Source: Leucoraja ocellata
Lineage: Eukaryota
Assembly: GCA_036785375.1 (NCBI GenBank)
Contig: JAWMAR010000016.1
Location: 10,354,001 to 10,418,000, forward strand
Direction of reading: 5' to 3'
DNA: 64,000 nt
Shown piece after piece: positions 28,101 through 41,200 of this stretch (the stretch's first letter is position 1; each line of letters opens with the position of its first letter). Below the pieces are notes generated by a model that saw only the letters and a list, made by a program, of their open reading frames with translations, did no database searches and was not told the DNA's origin. The translations under genes and the position numbers were made by a program.

Positions 28101-31100
28101 TTTAATTTCTCCCTCTCAGAACATGTTGTTCCTGTCTGCAGTAAAAGCCTCGCTCAAAAACACCCTGTTCTTTCCCTAAGGCTTCGTGTTTTAAAGAATG
28201 CAGAAGAAGGATTGGGAATAAAAAGCATCAAATGCCTGCATGAGCTGTTGTCAAGAATCATCCATGAAGTGCAAGCTTTACCCCCTTAACCTTGGGTACA
28301 CTCCACAGACTCGCACGTTAATGTTCTCATTAATAATCATTTGTGCGAGTTGGATTTATGACTCCAAGGGGCATGTTAAAGTGAAGTACCATACGAGTTA
28401 ATGATTTTTTGGTTTTGCTTTGTGAAATTTCAAACCATTATAAAACTTAAATTATCTTTTATCGTATTGCATATCTCAAGAGAAAAGTAAAAACAGAAAT
28501 AAAAAAACAATATGTCACTTTAACTTGGAAATATATAGATCAAAAAATCTATAACATTGCAATGATGAGATGCTCTGAAGACTTGACATTTATACTTGTG
28601 GAGCTGTTGAATTCTACATATAGATGAACAATCATTTTGTAGAACTATTACAGTACAGTTGGAAATTATTTGGCTCAGAGTCAGCGTCATTTTCACTCTA
28701 GTGTCTATCCAATTCTATTTTGAAAGCCTGTTACCCTTTTTTACTAAATCGACAGTTGAATATTAAGAAAGCACTTGCGTTAACAGTGCCTTTCATGTCC
28801 TGAGGATTTGCAACGATCAATTTATGTAGAGAAAGGTCCCATAAACAGCAGCATAATCAATAACAACCGCACTGGTGGTGTTGGATGGGGTAGAAAAGCG
28901 GTAGCAAAAGAGAGTCTTGTCTTTTAAAAGAAAGATAACAAAAGGGTGTTTCTATCTGAGTATTAAAACAGGGGCTTGCTCCCATGTAACCTCTTTTTTT
29001 TCAGGGCAGACCTGAATCTCAATAGTGCAGCTGAAATCCACAACATTCAGACTCTGAGTGTTCCTACTTGCGTTATCTGAATAAATTGAACCAACTGGTA
29101 CTGGTATTTACCTTTGGCACATGTGGGTTAAACTCCACTGCTCTGTGTATAGCTTCCACAGCATTCATTTCTGCCGTGCTGAGTCCTCGCCGAGAGGCTG
29201 CCTCTGGTGAAAACCTATGGTCAGGCAAGCAAAATGCTCGTCAGTGTAAAGTTAACACATTTATAAATCAAAACCTGAAAATGCTTCAATCATATACATC
29301 TTATTCTTATGTACACTCTTCACGTGTGAAAATCCATGGTTCTTTCAAAATGAAAACACAGAAGGGTGACCTGATTAAATCCCATTCCTTCTTTCCAGAG
29401 ATGCTGCCTGTCCCGCTGAATTACTCCAGCATTTTGTGTCTATCTTCTAAATTATGATGGAGTCTACTATGGTAGTCATAGTGAATACATTTATACCGTG
29501 GAGCTCTGAATACCAATAAACATAAAAAACATATCTCTTTAAAAGTACTGTAGGCACACATAAATCTAACAATATGCAAGGAACTTTTTTACCCAGTGGG
29601 TGGTTACACACATTTATTATGTAAAAGAATATGTGTGTTATGATTGTGTTTATATTTGGTTTGGTTGTTTTGTTGTTTGTCTTTTGCACAAAAGTCCGCG
29701 AGCATTGCCACTTTCATTTCACTGCACATCTCGTATGTGTATGTGACAAATAAACTTGACTTGACTTGACTTGACTTGACATCCAAAGTAGAATTTTAGA
29801 TAACTGCTAATGTGTAAGAAGGAACTGGGAACTTCTTCAAAAGAAGGGTCTCTTCTTATGAAGAAGGGTCGGAACCCAAAACATCACCCATTCCTTCTCT
29901 CCAGAGATGCTGCCTGTCCCACTGAATTATTCCAGCATTTTGTGTCTATTTTATTTCACTGCTAAATGTATTTAACTGGAATGCTAGATAAAAACAAAGA
30001 GCAAGCATTTAAAGATTATATTAATAATTAATAACATTATTAATGTGAAATAGGCTTGTATGAGGCATGAATATAACATGTATGAGACATGAACGTAACA
30101 TAGACTATTGGGCCAAATTTCCTTTTATTTTTAATTTTATGCAACTCCATGCATCACAGACTATGTCGGCCAAGGACTAAGACTAAGAATCCAATGCACA
30201 ATGTTGGATGAAAAGCTCGCTCAGAATTTTATCGTAACAGCAAGTGATAATCTTAAAAAATGTAAAAAACAGCACATAATGAAGGAACAAGATAGTTACC
30301 ATCGAATAGATGCCTTTGCTAACATGAAATTAGGCAATACAAGCCATTGCATCAGCATTACAAAACGCAACCCTCTGTGCATATCATTTTTACTGTTACA
30401 CATCCTATTTTATTGACATTCTTTGCAAATGCGAAACGTTCTTGCAACTAATATTTTCAAGTCCAGATTGATGTAATATATATTTTGGATGCCATTAAAT
30501 ATAAATATTTGTTCCTGGGATGTGCACCCCATGAGCAGAGTCAGATGTACGGATCCTGAAGTGCTGAAAACTCAGAGGGTCAGGCAGCATCTTTGGAGAA
30601 AAAGGATAGGTGTCGTTTCGGTCGAGACCTTTCTTACAGTCTGAGGAGCAATAAATAACTATGAACTGCAAACTTTATTCTCTATTGAACAATAATGAGC
30701 CTTATGCCAATCTCAGCAACTTCAACGATTAAATTGACAAAAGTAAAAAAAATGATGGGACTAATTATATTCAATTTAACTGTCCAAAGTGTGAGGATTG
30801 GAACTCGCTCGTTTAGAGCCGACACTGGGCTGTGTGCTCTACTCAATTCTACCTGAGCAGATTTAATTTTGGAACTGAGACTCATGCAGACGTTCTTCTC
30901 TACAAAAACATAATGTGGATTTCCAGATGAAAACAGGGTGGCACAGTAGTGCAGCGGGTTGAGCCACTGCCTCACAGCTCCCGTGGCCGGGTTCGATCCT
31001 GTCCGTGGGTGCTGTCTGTACGGAGTTTGCACATTCTCCCTGGGTTTCCCCGAGGATGCTCCGGTTTTCTCCCACATCCCAAATTAATTAGCAACTGTGC

Positions 31101-32191
31101 GGCAGAATCCGGGGAGAGTTGATGGGGATGTAATGCAGAATAAAATGGGGTTATGGTGATGCTGGCTGGCACGCAAAGATAAAGAAAATTAAGACCTCAG
31201 TATATAAAATGAAGAAGTATGTCAAATTAGGAGAGGCATAAATAGGGTAAATAGTCAGAATTGTTTTCCGAGGGTGGCAATGTCTAGACTAGAGGACTTT
31301 AAGGTGACAGGCCAAAATTTAAAGGAGATGTGCAGGGTAAGTTCACACATTGGGGGTAGTTGGTGCCAAGGGGGATTGTCAGAGGCAGATATGATATTAG
31401 CACTGAAGAGCCTTTTTAAAGATAGCCAAAGGGGCCTATTTCCATGCTGAATATAGACACAAAAAGATGGAGTAACTCAGCGGGACAGGCAGCATCTCTG
31501 GAGAGAAAGAATGGGAGACGTGCAGCCCAGTGTTAATAACATTGATTTTGTTCACTTCAGCCCGGCATTTCTCTCACCTATCTCTATCCCTCCCCCACCC
31601 AAGTCGCACTAGCTTCGCATTTTCACCCTACAACCTGGCCTGTTTCCGATATCATCATTACTTTTTTGCATATTTTTCATTCATTGTTCTTTATCTCTCC
31701 ACATCACCGTCAATATCTCTCGTTTCCCTTATCCCTAACCAGTCTGAAGAAGGGTCTTGACCCAAAATGTCACCTATTACTCCAGTTTTTTATATCTATC
31801 TTTGGTTTAAACCAGCATCTGCAGTTCCTTCTTACACTATTTCCATGCTGTATGACTCTTTGACTCCATATTCTGTCAGGTTTATGCCCTCTGCTGGTGA
31901 ATGGAAAATCGCTATCAGGTCACTTGTGGTATAAATTAAGGGGAAAAAAAGCTTAAATAGAAGAGGCATGTTCAGAGAGAAAAGCAACATGTCTTTTAGG
32001 TAAAGGTTGAATCTTGACAAGTCTTGAGACTTGTCTGACAAGTTTGTAAATGAGTTGTGACTGAATTGTTTGGATTCAGAACTGGCTTTTTCCATAGACG
32101 ACAGGATTATGGTGGAAGGGTATAATTCTGGCTGGAGGTCTGTGTCCAGTGGAGTACCACAGGTATCTGTGCTGGGACCTCTGTTGTTTGT

Positions 32192-32223
<32 letters not shown>

Positions 32224-35200
32224 ACTTGGACATAAATGTATAAGAAGCACCTACAGATGCTGGTTTACACCGAAGTTAGACACAAAATGCTGAGTAATTG
32301 AGCAGGTCAGGCAGCATCTCAGGAGAAAAGGAATAGGTTATGTATCGGGTCGAGACCCTTCATCAGACTGAGAGTCAGGAAGGGGGACAATGTTCCTGTG
32401 CAATACTGTTCTATGTTCTCTGTACATGTCCAAGTGAATTTTATATGTTGTAGTTGCACACATTTCTACCACTTCATCCAGCAGCTCTTTCTCCACGTAT
32501 GCACCATGCTCTGTTTGTAAAAGGTGCCCCCCCCCCCCCACACCCCCCAATGTCCATTTTAAATCTTTCTCCCCTAACCGTAAACCAATGCCCTCTAGTT
32601 TTTGACTCTCGAACTATGGGTAGAAGACTGGCTGTTCACCTTATCTCTAGTTCTCAAGATGTTTTATATAAATATATCCATAAAGTCTCCCCTCGGCCTG
32701 CTTTGCTCAGGAGAAAAAAAAAAAGACATGGCTTATCCAGACTCTCCCTGAAACTGAAACCCTCCAGATCAAGTAACATCCTCATCAATCTTTTCTGCAC
32801 TCTTTCCGGTTTAATAACATCCTTCCTACAGCAGGGTGACATGAACGATACACAATACTCCAGGTGTGGTCTTATCATCATCTTGTGCAGCTGTGACATG
32901 AGGTGCCAATTCGTGTATTGAATAGCCTTACCAATGAAGGTAAGCAAACAAACTATACTTTTTATGTTTTGTGGGATAATCATAATTTCCAGGAACTCAG
33001 CAAAAACACCACGTTTGGGTAGATATATTAAACGTCTATTTCTGAATTCTTCTGAGTGAGCAATTATTAAACCAATAGAAGATGTCACTGAGAAAGGGAA
33101 TGTTAGGTACTCACTTATCTGATACAGCTCGTGCTTTTAGCAGTGCGGCAGTATAGCATATGGTCGCAGATTTTGGCAAGCTAATATCTGTAGATGGCAA
33201 AATAGATTAGGATATATATTCCAATATAGGGAATAATATAATAATATGGAAAAAATAATATATAGGAAGGCATGCAAAGAAATCAGCCACAATCGGAATC
33301 AAATACCGTACTAACAATGTCAGCATCTAAAAACGTATCACTACGAGTTGACACGGTTTGAAGTAATATATATTCAGTAAGGGGGGCTGTGAACTAAATA
33401 ATTTTGGGAAAAAATTAAGCGGATTAAACCAATTGGTGGAGTATTGCGTGGCAAAAATCTGTGAGTTCTCTGCAGTTACAAGTAAAAATTAAACATTTTT
33501 TAGAATTTAGAAAAATATGTCATTGATGAACTGAGTCGTCATCATTTTTGAGGTTAGTAGCAAACAGATTAGAGTAGTGATGCAAGTTCTGGGCTCACAG
33601 AGACTGGAACCCTTGTCTCCGCTTTTAACAATGTGTATTTATGATTGCATAAAGGAACACAAAAGTTGTACGCTTGAGTTTACATACGATATTGTTCAAA
33701 ACTATGCAAGTTGTACAGATAGGAAGTTACATAAACAAGGACTTGTCAAATAGGCACAATTATGGCAGAGTGGAGAAATAGAAGTTTGAGCAAAGGACAC
33801 TTTCTAGAAAGTTAAATCTCCATTACAGACTCCAATAAACAGCAAGAAAGAAAATATTGCGTTAAAAAAGAAATCACAGCAGAGAAGATGAACAACAAGT
33901 TATGTGACTGAAGAATGCAGCATTAATACAATTCAGCATATGGCACTGAGCGGACTGCAGTTGTGTGATTATTATTTTGTTTCCATTTGGGATACTTACC
34001 ATCGTATTTGGCCAAGACCACCTGTACATCGGCGTATGCTTGAAGCTCCAAAAGAGCTTCTAATAAATTTTCATGGATGTTCAGCATACTAAGAAGTGGA
34101 AATTCTTTCATTAACTGCAAAAGAAAATTGCCAAATGCAACTGATCATCAAATGCAATGTACAGATAATAACAAACACAGTCATTTAAATCTGCATCTGC
34201 AACCACTTTGCTAAAGACTTTGTGCACATATATTTTATATCAACGGGTCGATGGTGGAAAGGGTCAAGAACTTCAAATTCATGGGCGTGCATATTTCCGA
34301 AGATCTCTCCTGGTCCCAGAACACTAATGCAATCATAAAGAAAGCGCATCAGCGCCTCCACTTCCTGAGAAGATTACGGGGAGTCGGTATGTCAAGGAGG
34401 ACTCTCTCGAACTTCTACAGGTGCGCAGTAGAGAACATGCTGACGGGTTGCATCGTGGCTTGGTACGGCAACTTGAGCATCCAGGAGCGGAAAAGGCTGC
34501 AAAAAGTTGTAAACACTGTCCAGTCCATCATCCGCTCTGACCTCCCTATCATCGAGGGGATCTATTGCAGTCGCTGCCTCAAAAAAGCTGCCAGCATCAT
34601 CAAGGACCCACACCATCCTGGCCACACACTCATCTCTCCTTTGCCATCAGGTAGAAGGTACAGGAGCCTGAAATCTGCAACATCCAGGTTCAGGAACAGC
34701 TGCTTCCCCACAGCCATCAGACTATTAAACACAACTTCAAACAAACTCTGAACTATAACAGCCTATTGCACTTGTTCATTTATGTGTGTGTATATATATA
34801 GTCTATGGTATATCGACACACTGATCTGATCTGTATTTATGCCTACAATATTCTGTTGTGCTGCAGCAAGCAAGAATTTCATTGTCCTATCTGGGACACA
34901 TGACAATAGACTCTCTTGATTTGACGCTACTATTGACCAATATCATACTGTGTCAAACATAAATTCCAATAGGTGTCACTGATTTCACCGTATCTTCAAA
35001 AAGGTGTAATAAGAAGCTTCACAAATAGAATTTACAGGTGGGAGACACGTTTACAGGTGGAAGGCACTGAGAAGTGAATAATGTCCCATTACTTACATCT
35101 CTCATTAGTTTCACAGCTTCTCGTATTCTTCCCAGTTTTCTCGCACACATTGCAAGCCTTCGTTTGATATAAACCAAAACATTTGTGTCTCGCCCTGGCA

Positions 35201-38200
35201 AAATAAGAAGAATTAGGCTAAATTTCAAACCATATAAAAATGAAAGTTATTAGATTTGTGTCATGTGGTTATGTGAAAATCAGCTTCAAGCTTCAGAAAA
35301 TGAGAATTTAATAGTTGATATAATTCAGTCCAGGATTAAGGTTATTTACAATTCAAATCGAGGTTTTGAAATACATTCTTAGCCTTGATTTACGAGAATG
35401 TTGCCAGGACTTAAGAGACTGAGCTCTAGAGAGAGGTTGAGCAGGCTGGGACTCCATTCCTGTACTTATGGATGAGGGGTGATCTTATAGAAGTGTACTA
35501 AATCGCGAGAACAGGTCAACGCACAGAATCTCTTTCCAGAGTAAAGGAATTGAGAACCAAAGGACATAGGTTTAAGGTGAGGTGGGGAGGGGGGAATATT
35601 TAATAGGAACTTGGAGGGTAACTTTATTTTACACAAAGTGTGGTGAGTATATGGAACAAGCTGCCGGAGGAGGTAGTTGAGGCAGGTATTATTGCAATGT
35701 TTAAGAAACATTTAGACAGATACATGGATAGGATAGGTTTAGAGGGATTTGGGACAAACGCAGGCAGGTGGGACTAGTGTAGATGGGACATGTTGGTTAG
35801 TGTGGACAAGTTGGGCCTGCTTCCATGCTGCGTGACTCTATGAGTTCAGACCTTGATCATGACGGTGAACATTTTTTTCAGATGATTTTATGGATGGCAT
35901 AGAAATGGCAGGTTGACAGGTCACTTCCTCCCGAGTTTGTAAAAAAAATGCAGCTAAGCCAATGTAAAGATAGGCAGTCTGGTCTGGATGATTGATCTCT
36001 GGCATGTCTGCAAAGACTTCAGTATTATGTGCGTGCTATCTTGTTCTCTAATGTTTAAGAAGGAACTGCAGATGCAGGCAAAATCGAAGGTAGATAAAAA
36101 TGCTGGAGAAACTCAGCGGGTGAGGCAGCATCTATGGAGCGAAGGAATATGTGACAATAGGTTGAGGCCCTTCTTCAGAATAAGGTCTCTGACCGACCCG
36201 AAACGTCACCTATTCCTTCGCTCCATAGATGCTGCTTCACCCGCTGAGTTTCTCCAACATTTTTATCTCCCTTTTGTTTAGAGATACAGTGCGGAAATAG
36301 GCCCTTCGGCCCACAGAGTCCGCGCCGACCAACGATCCCTGCACATTAACACTATCCTACAAGCTCTAAGGATAATTTACAATTTTACTGAAGCCAATTA
36401 AACCTACAAATCTGTACATCTTTGGAATGTGGGAGAAAACCGGAGCACCCGGAGAAAACCCACGCAGGTCACGGGGAGAACGTACAATCTCCGTACAAAC
36501 AGCACCCGTGGTCAGGATCAAACCCGAGTCTCTGGCGCTGTAAGGCAGCAACTCTACCGCTGCGCCTCCATGGTAGTAAGAGTATGGTACATGTTTTAAT
36601 GTTTTACAGCAATGTGACTCCAAAGAACACCAGCTGAGATTTCCTGTAATGAGAAGCCACGACATTCGTGCAGGTGCTAAGAAACACAAGTTGAAAATAA
36701 ATGATTGTTGATCTATTTATTGCCACTGTCTCCCCCCTCCCCTCCCCCCACCCCCGAAGCATACACACACACACACACACAAATTCAGTGTTGAGAGGGG
36801 CAAACATTTAAAAGGGACCAGAGACAGTTTTTTTGCACACAGAAGGTGCAATGTACATGAAACGAGCTGCCAGAAGGAGAGGTAGAGGTAGGCACAATGA
36901 CATTTGAAAAATACTGAGACAAGAACAGGCATAGAAATTATTTTAGGGATACTGTGGGGCGTTCAATTAGGCGACTTCGTCAGCATGGGCCGGATGGGGG
37001 GGGGGGGGGGGGGGGGCTGTTTCCATGTTGTATGCTCGATGACTCTATTCCGTATCTCAAACGTTTCAATAGTTTGTGAATTGTATAAAGGCGAACTTGC
37101 GTTACCCAAACGACTGTTGTTTATATTCAAATTTTTTTGTGCCCTTCATCATCACTCCAGCTTTGCCAGTTAAGCCTTCGATGATCCAGGTCCAATATAT
37201 AAAATTTTCTGCCCAAGGTATTCATTTAATTTGTTCATTAAAACCTCCCTTTGATCACATGTTGGGTCACCCATCCTATTTTTTCATGTTGCCTTCGTGT
37301 CAAGTTGTTTGATATTGGTTCTGTCCTTGGGTATTTCACTAAGCTAAAGTTGTGCTAGTTAATATTGCAGCAGTGTGAACTTATCACACTTCAGAGTTCA
37401 GGGGGAATTGTTCGCAACAAAAATAAGTTGAACATTTTTCACACTCAATTTCAACTCTCAGATGATTCAAACATACATAGAACGTAACACACAGAATATA
37501 AAACAGTGCAGCACGGGAATAGGTTTTTTGGCTCGGGTTTGATCCTGACCACGGGTGCTGTTTGTACGGACATTGTGTCTGCCTGCACATAATCCATATT
37601 TCTCCATTTCTTGTATATCCACATGCCTATCCAAAAGTTTATTAAACACCATTATCTTATCTGCCTCTACCACCACGCAGCACATTCCAGGCACCAACCA
37701 CCCTCTGTGCAAGAAAACTTGGCTCAAACATCTCTTTTAACCTTTGCCATTTTCCTCTTGCATTTGCTTTATCTCAGGAAAAAGGCTCTATGCCTCTCAT
37801 AATTTGATATATTTCTATCAGGTCTCCTCTCAACCACTGGCATTCCAAAGAAAACAAACCAAGTCTGTCCCACTTCTCCTTGTAGCTAATACCCTCTAAT
37901 CCAGGCATCATTCCAGTAAACCAACTCTGCATCTTTTCCACATCCATGATATCCTTTCTCTATTGAGGCACCAGAACTGCACGCAATACTCCAAATGCAA
38001 CCTCATTCAAATGCTATAAAGCTGCATCATCATTAAGCAGCACCCAAAGCCTAGATCATTGAAGGCATTCTTTACCACTCTATCAGCTTGTGTTGCTACT
38101 TGCACAGAGTTATGGACTTGGACACAAAGATCCTACTGTACATCAATGGTATTAAGGGTCTTGCCATCAATTTAATATTTTCCCCTTTCATCTTTCAAAG

Positions 38201-41200
38201 TGTAACACCTTAAACCTACATGGATTAAACTCCACCTACAATTTCTTTGCACATTTCTGTAGCAAATTTATATTCCGCTATATACTTTGGTAGTCTTCTT
38301 CACAGTCCAGCAACCCCAACAATCTTGGTGTCACATGCAAACATACAAACCTGCCCTTTCACGCCCCCGTTATTTATATCTATTACAAACAATAAGGTCC
38401 AAACACAGATCCCTGCAGAACTCTACTGGCCCTAGCCTGAATATTGTCCTTCCACCACAACTATCTGCTGTCAGTGAGCCAGTTATGAATCCATATAATC
38501 AAGTCACTGTTAATCCCATGCATATTAATCTTCTAGATCAGCCTACCATCGAGTATTTTATCAAATGCCTTACTAAAATCCAGCTAGACAACATTCACTG
38601 CCCTTTCTTCAATGATCACCTTTGTCACGCCCTCGAAAAAACGTAATCAAGTTAATAAGACACAACCTGCTGCCATAGATGCTGCTGCACCCGCTGAGTT
38701 TCTCCAGCATTTTTGTGTGCATACAAGACCATGCTGATTGTCCCAAATGAGCCCATTCTCTTCCAAATGGAAATAAATTCTATCCCAAAGAATCCTCTCC
38801 AATAGTTTTCCCACCATTGATGTGAGCATCACTGTCCTGGATTCTCTCTACTTCCCTTCTTAAACATGGGAACAATATTAGCTCCTCTCCAGTCCTCCAG
38901 GACCGTGTCTATGGTTAGAGACAATGGAAAGATCTTCATCAAGGCTCCTGCAATCTCCTCTCTTGCCTCTCTCAATAACCTGGGATAGTTCGCATCAGGC
39001 CCAGAGGATCTATCGATGTTAATGCTCTTCAAGAGCCCCAACATCTCCTTACTTAATCTCAAACTGCAGCTGCATTAGTATTCTCCGCAGATTTCACTGT
39101 CTTCTGTATCCTTCTTCATGGCGAATACAAACGTATTTATAAGAAAATCTGCCAAATTCACATTGAGAAGTCCTACAAAGAGCAATATGATAATAGCCAG
39201 GTGACATTAGGTGAAAAGTGTTTAAGAAGGAACTGGAGATGCTGGAAAATCAAAGGAAGACAAAAGTGCTGGAGAAACTCAGCGGGTGCAGCAACATCTA
39301 TGGAACGTAGGAAATGGGCAACGTTTCAATAACATTGCCTATTTCCTTCGCTCCATAGATGCTGCTGCACCCGCTGAGTTTCTCCAAGGGTTTCGGCCCG
39401 AAACGTTGCCTATTTCCTTCGCTCCATAGATGCTGCTACACCCGCTGAATTTCTCCAGCACTTTTGTCGACATTAGGTGAAACACGGCCACTGAAGTTGG
39501 CTATGGGAACGGAACTACCAGCTCGAGCCACAAACAGCAAATTCAACCTGCTGATTGGCCGTGGAAATCAGCTATGAGAAGTAATCTGCTTGCTCCCGCC
39601 TGGCTGAATTGCCAGAGTCCCGGCACCAAGCAGCAAATTCAACCTGCTGATTGGCCACGGAGGTCAGCTCTGAATATTCATCTGCCGCTCCAGCCAGGCC
39701 GGAGTTCCAGAGCCCCAGCTGCAGGCGGCATATTTTAGCTGCCAATCCGTGTGGAAGTTCCGATGAGGTCGAGATCAGCAACCTCACCCAGCCTCGGCAC
39801 CACATAACCTGGGATAACCGGTTCTCCGGAGCTCCCGCAACCACAGCTTCGTCTACTGGACTGGAGGGTGGCAGCTTCGACCGCCCCGGGCCGCGGAGTT
39901 TGAACCGGCCCGTTCGCGGAGCTCGGATGCGGCCGCTGGACTTACCATCACCCGGCGGGGTCACAACATCGGAACCCTGGATCGCCTCAATGCAGAGGGA
40001 GACGTGGAGGGAAGAGACAAGGACTTTAAGATTTTTGCCTTCCATCACAGTGAGGGTGTGCCTGGTTGACTCACTGTGGTGGATGTTAAACTGTGTTAAG
40101 TGTGTGTTTTGTTATTTTAATCTATGTTATGACTGCAAGGTATATAATTTCGTTCAGACTGAAATGTCTGAATGACAATAAAGGATACTTTACATTTACA
40201 GAGGGACTTCCAAGGGGATTTTAAGGTCGGGGGGAGGGGACAGACCACCAGTTGCCGAATAAACGGTGGTGGACCTGTAGTAAAGGACTGGTCCAAAAGG
40301 GGAGGTTACACAGAGTGTTCCCTTAATGTGTTTTATGCGGTAACACATCAACATTCTTGACATAATTACGCAGCTTACTATGTTGTGCTTCTTGCTGTGG
40401 GCTGTGGTGTTGAAGCTGCTGGCTCCTTCTGTAGCATACCTCACCAGCTTTCAGTGCCTGTTTAAATAGTTTCTCAGCCTCAAGTATTGTGGTTGTTTCC
40501 TCCTCAGCCAGGAGAACATATGCTGTGGCGCACCTAAGGAAAAGGAACAAAACCGATATATCAGTACGTACCTCAGTTTAGGTTAGTACCACTCATAACT
40601 TTTTAATACCATTTTACTTTTAACTATTTACTACATCTACAACCCGGTGTAGCAGAGAAAGAATTGGGGGCTGGTGCTGGGGAATGTGTAAAACAAGGAA
40701 TGTTTAACAGAACCAACTAAAACGGGTGATCGTTGGTCAGTGTGGACTCGGTGGGCCAAAGGGCATGTTTCTATGCTGTATCTCTAAACTAAAGCAAAAT
40801 AAAATGAAAGCATAGTTGAGGCCCATGACCACATATTTGACTCAAAGAGAGAGGAGTCAAAAGAGAAGTTGGTGACGGTGATAATGTTTCACCAGGCAAA
40901 AGCAAACCCAGCGACTCTCATAGTTCCCTTGACTACATCTCCTCCCACCCTGCCTCTTGCAAGGACTCTCAATGTCTCCATCTCCACTGCATCTGCTCCA
41001 AGATGAAGCTTTCCACTAGTAAATGTGATTTTTGCCTGTTGTGGATAGATCCCTCACCCGTGCCTTCACTGTGTGCCTTCGCAATTCTGCTCCGCCACCC
41101 CCTCTCTCACCTCCTCCCACGGACCAGAGCAGCCCTTCCAAGCGCGAGGGAATTTCACATACATCGCTTCAAACTTCGTCCTCTGCGTTCAGTGCTCCCG

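Noticed and set aside
29068-29457. 129-aa plus-strand ORF
   Set aside because: Antisense shadow of an ST7L exon running into a repeat.
31741-31775. Further hammerhead cores (also near 16212, 19650, 27500, 30610, 32340)
   Set aside because: GAAA or the cleavage triplet is mutated, so they were not called as ribozymes.
39572-40175. 158-174 aa ORFs on both strands
   Set aside because: GC-rich repeat with few stop codons; no recognisable domain; 3' part repeated elsewhere in the window.
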